From: an uncultured Fibrobacterota bacterium
Lineage (GTDB): Bacteria; Fibrobacterota; Chitinivibrionia; Chitinivibrionales; FEN-1185
Length of the DNA: 49,219 nt
Direction of reading: 5' to 3'
Assembly (NCBI GenBank): GCA_963729895.1
Contig: CAVSQB010000017.1
Location: 1-49,219, forward strand
In this document: positions 18,890 through 29,565 of the stretch, piece after piece
Numbering within the stretch: the first letter of the stretch is position 1
Layout of the letters: each line of letters begins with the position of its first letter
The notes under the pieces: generated by a model
Database searches by the model: none
What the model was told of the DNA's origin: nothing
The model's input: the letters and a program-made list of their open reading frames with translations, nothing else
Translations under genes and position numbers: made by a program

Positions 18890-19499
18890 GGCAAAATCCT
18901 CCAAATCTGCTGAACAGCGGCTGTTTCAAATTGCGTCAGAGCAGCAGGGATATTTTACCACCTCTCAAGCGATTGAAGCCGGTTTTCAGGACGCAACCCA
19001 CCCCTATCATTTGAAAAATGGCGACTGGGTACGCGAGTGGCGGGGAATTTACCGGATTTCCCGATATCCTCGAACCGATGACGGACAATATGTACTCTGG
19101 TCGCTCTGGACACGGAACCGCAAGGGACTTTGCCAAGGGGTGTATTCTCACCAAACAGCTCTCTCTCTTTTTGAACTGTCTGATGTAATGCCTGAAAAGC
19201 TCCATATGACTGTACCGTTGTCCTTCAGAAGGCATAGTGAGACTCCGGGAGTTCTAGTTCTCCATCGGGGAATTATCGTATCTCAGGAAATTGAAGCGAG
19301 AGAGGGATATGAGGTAACAAGACCTGCCCGCGCAATTCTTGATCTCATTGTTGAAGAATCCGTTTCTATTGACATCGTGCGGCAGGCGTTCAGGGAGGCG
19401 AAGAAGCGTGGTCTGATACGAGACATAGACTTCAAGCGCTACATGAGTGATCCGGACATTGATCGAAAAATCCGCGACAGTATCGGGGCCATCTCATGA
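18888..19499 (+). CDS. type IV TA antitoxin, AbiEi family
   Basis: IASEQQGYFTTSQAIEAG, W.R..RGIYR, YSHQTALSLFELSD..P..LHMTVP, VTRPARAILD. Confidence 0.9.
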   Translation: MAKSSKSAEQRLFQIASEQQGYFTTSQAIEAGFQDATHPYHLKNGDWVREWRGIYRISRYPRTDDGQYVLWSLWTRNRKGLCQGVYSHQTALSLFELSDVMPEKLHMTVPLSFRRHSETPGVLVLHRGIIVSQEIEAREGYEVTRPARAILDLIVEESVSIDIVRQAFREAKKRGLIRDIDFKRYMSDPDIDRKIRDSIGAIS

Positions 19500-19710
19500 A
19501 AGACAGGAAGAAATACAGCACTCCTGCGGCAATGCGTACCGCACCTGAAGAACGGGTGAATCGTACAGGCAAGGGAAATAATCAGGATATCCTGCGTCTT
19601 CGAAGACAAGTCGCCTTTGACAGGTTTCTTGCCAGGGTATTTACAGGCCGGGAATCGAGCTTTTTTGTGCTAAAAGGCGGATATGCACTCGAACTACGGC
19701 TGCATATGCA
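19496..19710 (+). pseudogene. truncated type IV TA toxin, AbiEii/AbiGii nucleotidyltransferase
   Basis: ATGA overlap with abiEi. LRRQVAFDRFLAR...VLKGGYALELRL, then similarity is lost before the T-x-D-x-D catalytic motif. Confidence 0.85.
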
Positions 19711-19846
19711 ACAACCATGGCGTCAGAATAAGACACAGCGGGTTCCTGTTTGGTTTCGGACATTTGCCCACGTGGCTATACCCCCGAAAACTTGCTCATT
19801 TGAGAAGGGAGTTTTCCGAGTTATTTTAAACTAACTAGGAGGACTC

Positions 19847-20110
19847 ATGAAAGGCAAGCGCTACAGTGAAGAGCAGATTTTTCGGATCCTGCAAGAAGGC
19901 GACCGCGGAGCCAAAGTCGCTGATCTTTGTCGTCAATATGGTATTTCAGAGAACACGTACTTCCGTTGGAAGAGCAAATACAGCGGACTTGAGCTCTCTG
20001 ATCTGAAAAGGATGAAGGAGATCGAGGGCGAAAACAGCCGGCTCAAGCGGATTGTTGCAGACCAGGCACTTCAGATCGATGCAATGAAGGAAGTGCTGCA
20101 AAGAAAATAG
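19847..20110 (+). CDS. IS407-type OrfA
   Basis: MKGKRYSEEQI...VADLCRQYGISENTYFRWKSKY...ENSRLKRIVADQAL. Confidence 0.92.
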   Translation: MKGKRYSEEQIFRILQEGDRGAKVADLCRQYGISENTYFRWKSKYSGLELSDLKRMKEIEGENSRLKRIVADQALQIDAMKEVLQRK

Positions 20111-20967
20111 TGAAGCGTCCTCAGCGTAGGCTGACTGTGGACGCACTAATGCGGCAAGGCCTGAGTCAACGGAAAGCATGCGGACTTCTGGGTATGACAC
20201 CGGCAGGGTACCGCTATCGACCGCAGGAATCGGCTTTGAACAGCGAGTTGAAAACAAAAATGCATGAAACCATTTCATCGTTCCGTTCATGGGGCTTTCC
20301 GACGCTTTATTGGTATCTCCGCAACCTTGGGTACATAGTAAATCACAAACGTGTGCATCGGCTCTACAAGGAAGAATCGCTTCAGAAAAGCAAGCGGAGG
20401 AGGCGTCAGAAACGCAATAGCCAACGGATGCCGTTGACGCTGCCGGATCGGCCAAGCCGTCGCTGGTCAATGGATTTCATATTCGACAGTACTTCCGACA
20501 AGCGCAAGCTGAAATGCCTGAATGTTGTCGATGACTGCACCCGTGAGGCTCTTGCAATCAAGGTAGCACGTTCTATTCCAGCACTAGGAGTCTGCCAAGT
20601 TCTAGACCACCTGGTGGCCAGGTACGGAAAGCCGGAAGCTCTGTTGACTGATAACGGCCCGGAATTCCGGAGCAAAGAACTCATGCTCTGGGCAATACGA
20701 AACCAGGTAAGGCAGGAATTCATTCAGCCCGGCAAGCCCAGCCAGAATGCTTTTGTAGAATCATTCAATTCGATATTCAGGGACCAATGCTTGAATGAAA
20801 ACTGGTTCATCTCATTAGAGGACGCAGAAAGAATAATCGAACATTGGAAGAACATTTACAACCGGATACGGCCACACGGATCACTAAAGGGGAAAACACC
20901 TGAAGAATACAGAGGTCAATTCAAAGAGAAAACTCCCATTTCGACTGAGAAAGTAATTGGGGTATAG
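20110..20967 (+). CDS. IS407-type OrfB transposase
   Basis: VNHKRVHRLY, WSMDFIFD, TDNGPEF, PGKPSQNAFVESFN, YNRIRPHGSL. Confidence 0.93.
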   Translation: MKRPQRRLTVDALMRQGLSQRKACGLLGMTPAGYRYRPQESALNSELKTKMHETISSFRSWGFPTLYWYLRNLGYIVNHKRVHRLYKEESLQKSKRRRRQKRNSQRMPLTLPDRPSRRWSMDFIFDSTSDKRKLKCLNVVDDCTREALAIKVARSIPALGVCQVLDHLVARYGKPEALLTDNGPEFRSKELMLWAIRNQVRQEFIQPGKPSQNAFVESFNSIFRDQCLNENWFISLEDAERIIEHWKNIYNRIRPHGSLKGKTPEEYRGQFKEKTPISTEKVIGV

Positions 20968-21166
20968 CCACACGCAGGAAGCCCAGTCACGATAGCCCAA
21001 CAGCCGAAGTGAAGAGGTGCTTGATCAGCATAAACAACTTGCAGTGTCCCACGCACACCCGCAATCCCGCTACAACGGTTCCGCGACAGATCACCCTTCC
21101 ATTATGTTGCTCCCTTATACCATTTTACAGGTTGACAATCGTTGTGCGTTTCGTACCGGAGGAGCA

Positions 21167-22627
21167 ATGACCAAGACCATGACCATGTCCCTTCTCACAC
21201 TGTTCATGGCGACACTCTGTTTCGGACAGCAGATCCGCCCGGACTCGACGCGAGCTCCATCGGGAAACGGTTCTACCGGCAAGCCGGCCGCCGATTCCAC
21301 CACGCCGGCCTCTTCCCGGTTCGACCTTGTCCCGCCCGCGCAGTTCGATTCGTTCCTCACCATCCTGTCGCGCCAGGGCATTGTGATAGAAAAAAGCGCG
21401 GTGACGGCCATGGGCTTCACCCGCGATTCCGTTGACACCGCACGGCGCCTGTTCGTGATATACCTTGACAAATCGGGGCAGCCGGTAAAACGCAGCTTTG
21501 CAATCGAACAGGACGGGAAGTCTGCGCCGCCTCCCCCGGCGCAGACCGTTCCAAAACCGGGCGGCAGCCAGCCGGTAAAACTCAGGCAGGACGGCAGGGT
21601 TTACTTCATGATAAACTGCGCGGTCAAGTCGCTCTATGTGTACCCGACGGGACTTTCGTGGGCGTTTCCCGGAACAAACGGGCAGGTAGTGACCGGCATT
21701 TCCCTTCTCGCCCTGGGGGCCTCGCTGTACGGATCGTATGCGTACACGCAGAAAAGGGAACTGGGATACGGGCGCGTGGAAATGATGAATTACGGCGGCG
21801 ACGTCGGGGTCGCCTACCCGCTCCTTCTTGCCACGTTCGGGGAAACATCCTTTGGATTCCGGTATGGCAACCAACTGCGCGGATGGGGCCAGATGCTCGG
21901 GTTTCCGCTCGGCATCTTTGCCGGGTCGTACGCACCGTTCGCGGGCAACTTCGAGTACGGCGACGCGTCCCTCATGACAAGCGAAAGCAAATTCGGGTTC
22001 CTGTACGGCTTCATCATTCCCCTGTATTTCCACGATCCGGGAACATCCGAATATTTCAGCCTTTCAACCGGATTGACAATGGCGCTGGTCCCGGCCGGTT
22101 TTTATGTTGGCACACTGCTTGTCGGCGACCGGAACTATTCGGCGGGAAGGAGCGTATTTGTCACAACGTCGGCTGTTTTGGGCGCGGCAACCGGCGCGCT
22201 TCTGCCCACGCTGTGGGAAGAGGGTCACAAGGAAGTGTATGCGACAACCGTGTTGCTGGGGCATGTGCTGGGCACTCTGTACGGGTTCACCTACATGGGA
22301 GACCATTCGTACAGTTTTGGCCAGGGCATGTTTATGATCGCGTCGGCCGCCACAGGAACCGCGGTAGCTGAGGCGGTCCCGCTCATCGCGCGATCCAACG
22401 AGCAGCGTTTCTACGTCGGCGCCGGCATCGTCGGTTCCTGGGGAGGACTCATGCTCGGCGAATTGCTTTCACGGGAACTGTTCGATAGATCGGGCCGCGA
22501 CAATCCAAAGACCGCGTCGGTGTCGTTCCCGGGCCTGTGGCAGGTGCCGCTGATATGGGCGTGCTCACGAGGCGGACTAAAGGGAGTGTCGACCGGGAAT
22601 GCGCCGCTGGTGGAAGTGGCCTTCTGA
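21167..22627 (+). CDS. hypothetical membrane protein with Gly-rich hydrophobic repeats
   Basis: RBS GGAGGAG and signal peptide. Repeated Gly-rich helices preceded by x-YG/YS-x-G units. Confidence 0.75.
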   Translation: MTKTMTMSLLTLFMATLCFGQQIRPDSTRAPSGNGSTGKPAADSTTPASSRFDLVPPAQFDSFLTILSRQGIVIEKSAVTAMGFTRDSVDTARRLFVIYLDKSGQPVKRSFAIEQDGKSAPPPPAQTVPKPGGSQPVKLRQDGRVYFMINCAVKSLYVYPTGLSWAFPGTNGQVVTGISLLALGASLYGSYAYTQKRELGYGRVEMMNYGGDVGVAYPLLLATFGETSFGFRYGNQLRGWGQMLGFPLGIFAGSYAPFAGNFEYGDASLMTSESKFGFLYGFIIPLYFHDPGTSEYFSLSTGLTMALVPAGFYVGTLLVGDRNYSAGRSVFVTTSAVLGAATGALLPTLWEEGHKEVYATTVLLGHVLGTLYGFTYMGDHSYSFGQGMFMIASAATGTAVAEAVPLIARSNEQRFYVGAGIVGSWGGLMLGELLSRELFDRSGRDNPKTASVSFPGLWQVPLIWACSRGGLKGVSTGNAPLVEVAF

Positions 22628-22684
22628 GAATTGTGGAATGCATATTGCGGATTAACAAAGACGGTGAGGCCGGGGCGGCCCGCT

Positions 22685-23167
22685 TCACAACAGCGATTTC
22701 TGAATCAGCAACTCGCTGAATGTTTCCGCATCTTCTTGTGTCGCGAAGCAACCGGCGGGAATGTAAAAATACTGCTGCTGCGAGAGAAACAGCAGGTAGT
22801 ACGAACCGTACCGCACGGCCTTGGTGATGCGGGAAAAGGGAAACTCGGTTGCGGCGCCGCTTTCAAGAACTACCGTGAGAGTGTCGCCGGTGATGACGTA
22901 TTTCCGCCGGGCGTAGATGTTGGCGTTTTCAGGAGAGTTGACATACCTTAAGATGGAGACAGGATTATAGGCAAACAGGAGCGCCAGCAGGCCCAGCCCC
23001 AGCCAGAGAACAAGAAATTCCCCTTTCGACACCGCATTGAAGATGCCCACGCCCAGCAGCAGGGCCATCACGATCCACAGCGACCACCTGCCGGAGTAGG
23101 TCCTGCGCATCAGGATCCGGAAGAAATCCTGTTTGGTAATGACCACCGTGTTGGTTTCCAGCCTCAT
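22685..23167 (-). CDS. YcxB-like membrane protein
   Basis: Two TM helices followed by a PH-like C-terminal domain (FPFSRITKA...YYLLF...YIPAGCF). Confidence 0.75.
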   Translation of the reverse strand: MRLETNTVVITKQDFFRILMRRTYSGRWSLWIVMALLLGVGIFNAVSKGEFLVLWLGLGLLALLFAYNPVSILRYVNSPENANIYARRKYVITGDTLTVVLESGAATEFPFSRITKAVRYGSYYLLFLSQQQYFYIPAGCFATQEDAETFSELLIQKSLL

Positions 23168-23187
23168 GTGCGCCTCTCGGATCCTTA

Positions 23188-23754
23188 CTACACCTCGAGG
23201 ATCCTGCACGTAAACACATAGTTGAACACGACACCGCCGATTTCAAGCGGAAGAACCACCTGTGCCGTCCTGCCGAGATCCCGGGTTGAAAGTATCGGAA
23301 CCATGGACCAGCCGCCGCTGCCGTACAGGTATGCGTTGACATTTTCGGAAGGCAACATTATTTCCGACAGGGTTTCGCCCTTGAAAACCGCCGTCGGCTT
23401 TTGTTGCACTTCTTTCTGAGCATAATTGACGTCCCGATGGATCACCCTCTTGCGCTCGCCGCGGGTGTTGATATATGCGGCCTTTTCCCAGGGAATGGTG
23501 ATGGTCTGAGCGGTTTTGTTTTTGAGGGTGAACTCGACGTAATAGGTTGAAATGGAGAGCACCACATCGACAAGGCTGTCGGTGATCTTATACTTTGTGG
23601 TCGTGGTGTCCGGCACCTTCACGGACGCGACCGGGCTCGCGCTTTGGGACGCACTGCCCTGCCGCTGCGCGTCGAGCAGGGAAAAGTTGTAATGGTACCC
23701 GCCAACGCACGAGGCAAACAGGACGGCAAGGGAAAGGGAAACAGCTTTTTTCAT
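23188..23754 (-). CDS. hypothetical lipoprotein
   Basis: Lipobox LFASC; FTLKNKT..TITIPWEKAAYI. Confidence 0.8.
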   Translation of the reverse strand: MKKAVSLSLAVLFASCVGGYHYNFSLLDAQRQGSASQSASPVASVKVPDTTTTKYKITDSLVDVVLSISTYYVEFTLKNKTAQTITIPWEKAAYINTRGERKRVIHRDVNYAQKEVQQKPTAVFKGETLSEIMLPSENVNAYLYGSGGWSMVPILSTRDLGRTAQVVLPLEIGGVVFNYVFTCRILEV

Positions 23755-23847
23755 ACGACGGATTCTCCCGGGAGCGTTTTCCGCTTGATGGCCTCAACGC
23801 AGGGCTCCCTCCCAAATAAAATAGCTGGAGCGGGCGGAGGGCGGAAT

Positions 23848-23875
23848 AAAAAAGGCAGGGATATGCTCCCTGCCT
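23848..23875 (-). terminator. rho-independent terminator of hppA
   Basis: AGGCAGGGA/TCCCTGCCT stem followed by a T-run on the minus strand. Confidence 0.65.
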
Positions 23876-23905
23876 CTGCTGCATTCACTCATAAAGGTAA
23901 AGGGC

Positions 23906-25951
23906 CTACTTGATTAGCGGAACAATCAGCAGCGCCACGATATTCACCACCTTGATCATCGGGTTGATGGCCGGGCCTGCCGTGTCTTTGTAGGGGTCGC
24001 CCACGGTGTCGCCGGTGACCGCAGCTTTGTGCGCGTCGGAGCCTTTGCCGCCGAATGCGCCGTTCTCGATGAATTTCTTGGCATTGTCCCATGCGCCGCC
24101 GCCGCTGGTCATGGCGATTGCCTGGAACAGTCCGGTCACGATCGCGCCGATAAGCACGCCGCCGAGCGCTTCTTTACCGAGGATAAACCCGACAAGAATG
24201 GGCGCCGCAACGGGAATGAGCGCGGGCAGCATCATCTGCTTGATCGCGCCTTTTGTCACAATGTCAACGCACGTGCCGTACTGGGGTTTCTGTGTCCCTG
24301 CCATGATGCCCGGGAATGCCTTGAACTGGCGCCGTACTTCTTCAACGACGCCGCCGGCCGCCGTGCCCACGGCTTCCATGAGAAGGGAGCCGAAGTAGAA
24401 GGGCAACAGCCCGCCGATGAACAGGCCCACCAGCACTCTGGGGTCGGACAGATCAAACGCGATGACGCCGCCGAACGAGCGCGAAAATTCCGCGAACAGC
24501 ACGAGCGCCGCAAGGGCCGCCGAACCGATGGCATACCCTTTTGTCACCGCCTTGGTGGTGTTGCCCACCGCGTCGAGCGGATCGGTGATGTTGCGGACCG
24601 CTTCGGGCAGCTCCGCCATTTCTGCAATGCCGCCGGCGTTGTCGGTAATCGGGCCGTAGGAGTCGATTGCGACGATGATGCCCGTCATGGACAGCATTGC
24701 AACCGCGGAAAGCGCAATGGCGAAAAGGCCCGCTGCCGCGTTATTGAACCCGTTTCCGAGAGTAAAAGCACCAAGGATCGCCGCGCTGATGACCAGGGCC
24801 GGAAGCGCGGTCGACTTCATGGACACGGCAAGACCGGCTATGATATTTGTGGCATGGCCGGTCTGGCTTGCGCTCGCGATATGCTTGACAGGATTGAAGC
24901 TCGTGGAGGTGAAGTATTCGGTGATCATCACAATGAGGCCCGTAAGAACAAGACCGATGACGGCCATGCAGAACACGTTCATTGCCGAAAAGACTTGCTG
25001 GTCGGCGGGGAGTTGCTTTATGAAAAAGTCTGAAACAAAGTAAAAGGCGACCGCGGCGAGTACACCGGACACCGCCAGGCCCTTGTACAGCGCTCCCATG
25101 ATGTATTGCTTCTTCCCCATCTTGACAAAGAAGGTGCCGATGATCGATGCGATGATGGAAATGCCGCCGATGAGGAGCGGAAATTCCACCCATTTGCTTC
25201 CCGCGCCGAACACCGTTTTTGCAAGAAGAATCGCGGCAACGATGGTTACCGTGTAGGTTTCGTACAGGTCCGCGGCCATTCCTGCACAGTCGCCGACGTT
25301 GTCACCGACATTGTCCGCGATGACCGCAGGGTTGCGCGGATCATCTTCGGGAATTCCGGCCTCAACTTTTCCAACCAGGTCCGCACCTACGTCTGCGGCT
25401 TTGGTGTAGATGCCACCCGCGATACGCGCGAACACGCTCATGAGCGAACAACCGAACCCGAGCCCTACAAGTGCATGGAACCTGTCGTCCACGCTCACGC
25501 CGGGAATGTGTTTCATGAGAAGATAATAGCTTGTAACGCCCAAGAGGCCGAGTCCGACCACCATGAGGCCTGTGACCGATCCGCCTTTGAACGCCAGGGT
25601 GAGGGCCTTTTGCAGCCCGCCCTTCGCGGCTTCCGCGGTCCTCACGTTTGAGCGGACCGTCACCATCATGCCGATATACCCGGCAAGCGCCGATCCCACG
25701 GTACCGATGATAAAACCAACCGCCGTCCAAATTCCGAGAAAATACAGAAGTATGACCATTACCGCCGCGACCATTGCAACAGTCCGGTATTCGCGGTTGA
25801 GAAACGCAGAGGCCCCTTCACGAACCGCGTCGGAAATCTGCCGCATGCGGTCTGAACCGCTCGGCTGCCTCATGATCCATCCGGCGGTAATGAGGGAATA
25901 CAGTACTCCCAGGGCGCCAGCCCCGAGAGCAAACCACGTGATGTAATTCAT
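23906..25951 (-). CDS. hppA: membrane-bound cation-translocating pyrophosphatase (K+-independent H+-PPase signature)
   Basis: [72 protein letters not shown]. Confidence 0.97.
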   Translation of the reverse strand: MNYITWFALGAGALGVLYSLITAGWIMRQPSGSDRMRQISDAVREGASAFLNREYRTVAMVAAVMVILLYFLGIWTAVGFIIGTVGSALAGYIGMMVTVRSNVRTAEAAKGGLQKALTLAFKGGSVTGLMVVGLGLLGVTSYYLLMKHIPGVSVDDRFHALVGLGFGCSLMSVFARIAGGIYTKAADVGADLVGKVEAGIPEDDPRNPAVIADNVGDNVGDCAGMAADLYETYTVTIVAAILLAKTVFGAGSKWVEFPLLIGGISIIASIIGTFFVKMGKKQYIMGALYKGLAVSGVLAAVAFYFVSDFFIKQLPADQQVFSAMNVFCMAVIGLVLTGLIVMITEYFTSTSFNPVKHIASASQTGHATNIIAGLAVSMKSTALPALVISAAILGAFTLGNGFNNAAAGLFAIALSAVAMLSMTGIIVAIDSYGPITDNAGGIAEMAELPEAVRNITDPLDAVGNTTKAVTKGYAIGSAALAALVLFAEFSRSFGGVIAFDLSDPRVLVGLFIGGLLPFYFGSLLMEAVGTAAGGVVEEVRRQFKAFPGIMAGTQKPQYGTCVDIVTKGAIKQMMLPALIPVAAPILVGFILGKEALGGVLIGAIVTGLFQAIAMTSGGGAWDNAKKFIENGAFGGKGSDAHKAAVTGDTVGDPYKDTAGPAINPMIKVVNIVALLIVPLIK

Positions 25952-26310
25952 TCTTGCTTCTCCTCAGTTAAGTGTTTCAAATCATCGTGCGTTGGTTCAA
26001 GAACCCAATGACCATAGTACCGTCCGGACACCTCCTCATTATTATGTGGAATAATGGTGAAAACTACCGTTATATGAATTAGGGCTGATTGGCTTGAACG
26101 GGGATTAAATCTTGTTGCAGTCATAGGGTCAGTTTGAACGCATGAATCTTGGCCAAAAACCGACGGCATATCAAAATAAATTCCGGTAGGACGAGGCAAA
26201 AGACATGAGTGATCGGCAGGGAAATCGGTGCCTGACAATTTCGCCTGCCACGGGCAGCGGCAGGTTGAGCCAATCGCAGGATGGCGAACTCCGCATGAAT
26301 GAACGAAACC

Positions 26311-27084
26311 CTATTTCCCGGTTCTTCCAACCTCGGTCCGCAGGAGCGCCGAGACCACGGTCACGGAATCCGGGATCTCAAAGGAAACCGCCTCCTCTCC
26401 GGAGATCCACTCGCGCTTATCCTGGAACATGGTCTTGCTCTTTACAACGAGGCAGTACTTACCGGGTTTGGCAAGGAACGACGGGTTTACGTCCTGTTCC
26501 ACGGGGATATCGGTCCGCTTGCCGGATTCACGGTTGACCAAGCTTACGCTGTACGAATAAATGGAATTGCCCGAAAGCGTCACAATGGCGTCGCTCTGGG
26601 AAAACGCCTTCTCGATGATTGCTTCGGGACAATTGGGTTCAGGGCAGAACACACGCTGCCACAGTGCTTTGTAGTCGGCCAGCGCGGCCTTTTTCATTTT
26701 CACGTCGTACACGAAATTTTCGTATTTCACCTGCGGCATACAGCGGTCAAGCCCTTCGAGCAACGAGGAAACGCCGGGCGGCATTTTCTTGTCCGCATTC
26801 AGCCAGTCCACGAAATCAGAAATGGGTTTCTCCCACGTCTGGGGATTGAGATTTGCGGCCGTGGTCTTGTCCGGAATTCCCGTGAAGGCGCGCCCCTCGG
26901 TGAGCTTCACAAGCGCAGCGGCGTAATCCGACATGGCCGCGTCGTACTTGCCCGACTGTTCCAGCGCAGCGGCCGACTTTGCCCCCGACGTTGCCGCTTT
27001 CCTGGGCGCAACGGTGAACGCCAGCACGGCAATGATGGCGGCAACAACCACGATCGAAAGAACCGTCAGCAGTTGTCTGTTCAT
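26311..27084 (-). CDS. hypothetical membrane-anchored protein
   Basis: RBS AAGGAG, N-terminal TM helix, 257 aa. Confidence 0.75.
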   Translation of the reverse strand: MNRQLLTVLSIVVVAAIIAVLAFTVAPRKAATSGAKSAAALEQSGKYDAAMSDYAAALVKLTEGRAFTGIPDKTTAANLNPQTWEKPISDFVDWLNADKKMPPGVSSLLEGLDRCMPQVKYENFVYDVKMKKAALADYKALWQRVFCPEPNCPEAIIEKAFSQSDAIVTLSGNSIYSYSVSLVNRESGKRTDIPVEQDVNPSFLAKPGKYCLVVKSKTMFQDKREWISGEEAVSFEIPDSVTVVSALLRTEVGRTGK

Positions 27085-27282
27085 CGGTGGCTCCTTTATT
27101 TGGAAGGTCCGTTTGGCCGATCAAGGGTCTGCGGGGATTTCCCGCAGGACAAACACCATTGCAGGTCTGCATACCGTGACACTCACGGCTACCGGTATCA
27201 TCGTCAAATAATCTATCTTTAGGAGGGCGCCGTTCCAAAGAAAATACATTTGCGACCCCAGTCTTCCGCAAACCGGACAACA

Positions 27283-28014
27283 ATGAATCACCTCCTTTGC
27301 CCGATCCTCGGTGCAGTCATACTGGTTCTTTCCGGCTGCGCCGGACGGATGGCGACCTACTCAAACGACCCGGCAAATATTCTTCTCGACCAGGGCAAGA
27401 TCGCGCTACGCATTCCGCTCGACAGCCTGCATGTGGCCTATGTCGACAACACCTCGCCGGTTCCGGATACGCTGTTCAACGATTCTTTCTTCATCGAGGC
27501 TGCCAACGGCCTGCTTTCCTACGAGATCTCCAGGAATTTCAAGGTGTCCCAGTGCGGGCGCGATTCAACCGATTCGCTCAACGTGTTCCGGCACAGCGGG
27601 TATTCGAGGCTCGAAAACGACACAACCTTCGTGCAGAATATTTCGAACCATATCCGGCAGCTCGCCGCAAAGTACCACGCGGACATCGTTGTGGTGCCCT
27701 ATTCACTCACTATCAAGTACGTGACGATCCGGCCCGCCGGATGGCGGCACGACCGGTTCGGTCCCTCCTACGAACGGCCCGTGTCCTACACCGCAAAGAC
27801 GACGTTCCACGTCCAGATCTGGGACAAGACGGGCCGCATCATCTACGAGCGCGAGGGCCGCAGCGACACGGGCCGGCCCATTTTGTATTCGCTCCTCAAG
27901 AAGGAAAAGCACCCCGACAAAGACATCGTGAAATACGCGAAGCGCTTCTACGCTCCACCGCTTGTCAAGTCTTTGTACAATTCCATCAGGCTGGCGATGA
28001 TGGTGAGAATCTAA
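27283..28014 (+). CDS. hypothetical lipoprotein
   Basis: Lipobox LSGC. LAAKYHADIVVV pattern reminiscent of the CsgG/TolB-N-like fold. Confidence 0.75.
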   Translation: MNHLLCPILGAVILVLSGCAGRMATYSNDPANILLDQGKIALRIPLDSLHVAYVDNTSPVPDTLFNDSFFIEAANGLLSYEISRNFKVSQCGRDSTDSLNVFRHSGYSRLENDTTFVQNISNHIRQLAAKYHADIVVVPYSLTIKYVTIRPAGWRHDRFGPSYERPVSYTAKTTFHVQIWDKTGRIIYEREGRSDTGRPILYSLLKKEKHPDKDIVKYAKRFYAPPLVKSLYNSIRLAMMVRI

Positions 28015-28020
28015 AGGAGA

Positions 28021-28523
28021 AAAAAGTTGAAAAGTTGAAGGGTTGAAAAGTTAAAGAGTCTCTCGCAAAGATCGCAAAGGACGCCAAGGAGAGTTGAGAG
28101 TGAAGAGTGTCTCGTCATCGCGAGCACAGCGAAGCGATTCCGTTCAGGGAGTCGACGTGTCCGAAGAAAAGAAATCGTGGAAGAACCGAAAGCCCGTTCA
28201 GTTCGCGCTGCTGTTCTGTCTTGTCATGATCACGTACTTTGTGATCGAGGTGCTGCCCCTCAACCTGGGGTCAAAGCACATCCCGTGGAGCCGGATTCCG
28301 TCACACATACAACACCGGCTGCCCCTTGTCGTCCTCATCGCCCTTGCGGTCTCAACGGTGCTGGTTGTCAAGCAGAAAAATCCCGGCGAAAAGTAGCAAA
28401 GTCGGTTGGAAAAGAGGTCCAGTTCGAGATCAAGAGACGAGTGATTTTTGCACCATGGTTTACTGTCAACTTCTAACTTTTCAACTTTCCTTCTCTGCAT
28501 CCTCCGTGTCTCCGTGGTGAATC
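28021..28523. repeat. mosaic of short-period inverted repeats and REP-like motifs enclosing a small ORF
   Basis: (AAAAGTTG)n at 28022-28053 versus TCAACTTCTAACTTTTCAACTTT at 28466-28488. Also CTCGCAAAGATCGCAAAG (28062), GTCATCGCGAGCACAGCGAAGCGATTC (28114) and CTCCGTGTCTCCGTGGTG (28502). Confidence 0.65.
28157..28396 (+). CDS. small two-TM membrane protein
   Basis: RBS AGGGAG, GTG start, two hydrophobic helices. Confidence 0.6.
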   Translation: MSEEKKSWKNRKPVQFALLFCLVMITYFVIEVLPLNLGSKHIPWSRIPSHIQHRLPLVVLIALAVSTVLVVKQKNPGEK

Positions 28524-28524
28524 T

Positions 28525-29376
28525 TCATCCCAATCCGCATGCTGCCTCTGCCGCCTCAACGGTGTGCCGCATGAGAGTCGCAATCGTCATCGGCCCCACG
28601 CCGCCCGGAACAGGCGTGTACGCGAGAGAGCGTGTCGCCGCATTCTTGAGATCCACGTCGCCAACGGAGCCCGGGTGATACCCGGCGTCCACGATGACGG
28701 CGCCATCCTTTTTTATCCAGTCGGCGCGAATGAATTCCGGTCGTCCAACCGCACCCACCACGATATCTGCGGTGCGGACAATGTCCGGCAGGTTGATTGT
28801 CTTTGAATGACAAATGGTAACCGTTGCGTGTTTGTTAAGGAGCATCAACGCCATGGGCTTGCCCAGGATCGGGCTTCGGCCAACCACCACGGCATGAAGT
28901 CCGGCCATCCGTATGTTGTAATGATCGAGCAGGGCCATGATTCCCGCGGGCGTGCAGGAGCCAAATGCGGCCTCGCCCATTGCCATGCGGCCGAACCCGA
29001 GGCACGTCACTCCGTCCACGTCCTTGGAAAGCGCGATGGCCTCGAAGCATTTTCGTTCGTCAATGTGCCGGGGCACCGGGTGCTGAAGAAGGATGCCGTG
29101 GACGGTTTCGTCCCTGTTGAGCCCTTCTATCGCCGAAAGCAACTGTTCCGTTGTTGTCGAATCCCCAAGCTCCACCTTTGTCGACTGCATGCCCACGCGT
29201 GCACAGGCATTGCCCTTCATCTTTACGTATGTGGCGCTCGCAGGGTCGCTGCCGACCAGGATGGCGGCCAGGACAGGCGCTGCGCCGGACTTCCTGATTA
29301 CCGCATCAACGCGCGGCCGCAGGGATTCTTCAATCGATTTTGCGAGAGATTTTCCGTCGAGAATGAGTGGGGGCAT
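28525..29376 (-). CDS. folD: bifunctional methylenetetrahydrofolate dehydrogenase/cyclohydrolase
   Basis: [57 protein letters not shown]. Confidence 0.97.
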   Translation of the reverse strand: MPPLILDGKSLAKSIEESLRPRVDAVIRKSGAAPVLAAILVGSDPASATYVKMKGNACARVGMQSTKVELGDSTTTEQLLSAIEGLNRDETVHGILLQHPVPRHIDERKCFEAIALSKDVDGVTCLGFGRMAMGEAAFGSCTPAGIMALLDHYNIRMAGLHAVVVGRSPILGKPMALMLLNKHATVTICHSKTINLPDIVRTADIVVGAVGRPEFIRADWIKKDGAVIVDAGYHPGSVGDVDLKNAATRSLAYTPVPGGVGPMTIATLMRHTVEAAEAACGLG

Positions 29377-29516
29377 TGGGGCTCCGCGGAAAAACGGGTT
29401 TGGTAGGTCCGGAACAAATAAAATAAATAACGGAGATGCCGGATTGCACTGAGCAAAATGTCGCTGGTCTGACCGCCTTGCGTGTTCTGAATAAACACGA
29501 TATTTTTCGCAGGCTA

Positions 29517-29545
29517 TTGACTTTTTGCTTTTCAGGCCGTATGTT
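29517..29545 (+). promoter_or_regulatory. sigma70-like promoter candidate
   Basis: TTGACT-N17-TATGTT, about 20 bp upstream of the ATG at 29566. Confidence 0.4.
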
Positions 29546-29565
29546 ATTGACACGAGGGATCATCT

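Larger units (their letters stand above)
19773..20970 (+). mobile_element. IS3-family insertion sequence (IS407-like)
   Basis: TG...CA ends, ~43-bp imperfect TIR TGGCTATACCCC...GGGAGTTTTC. 4-bp TSD CACG at 19769-19772 and 20971-20974. Confidence 0.93.

Noticed and set aside
28021..28090. Possible CRISPR array or DGR-type repeat
   Set aside because: Only 7-9-bp period units with no unique spacers. No cas or reverse transcriptase gene lies in the window, and the 433-bp repeat pair shows no adenine-specific differences.
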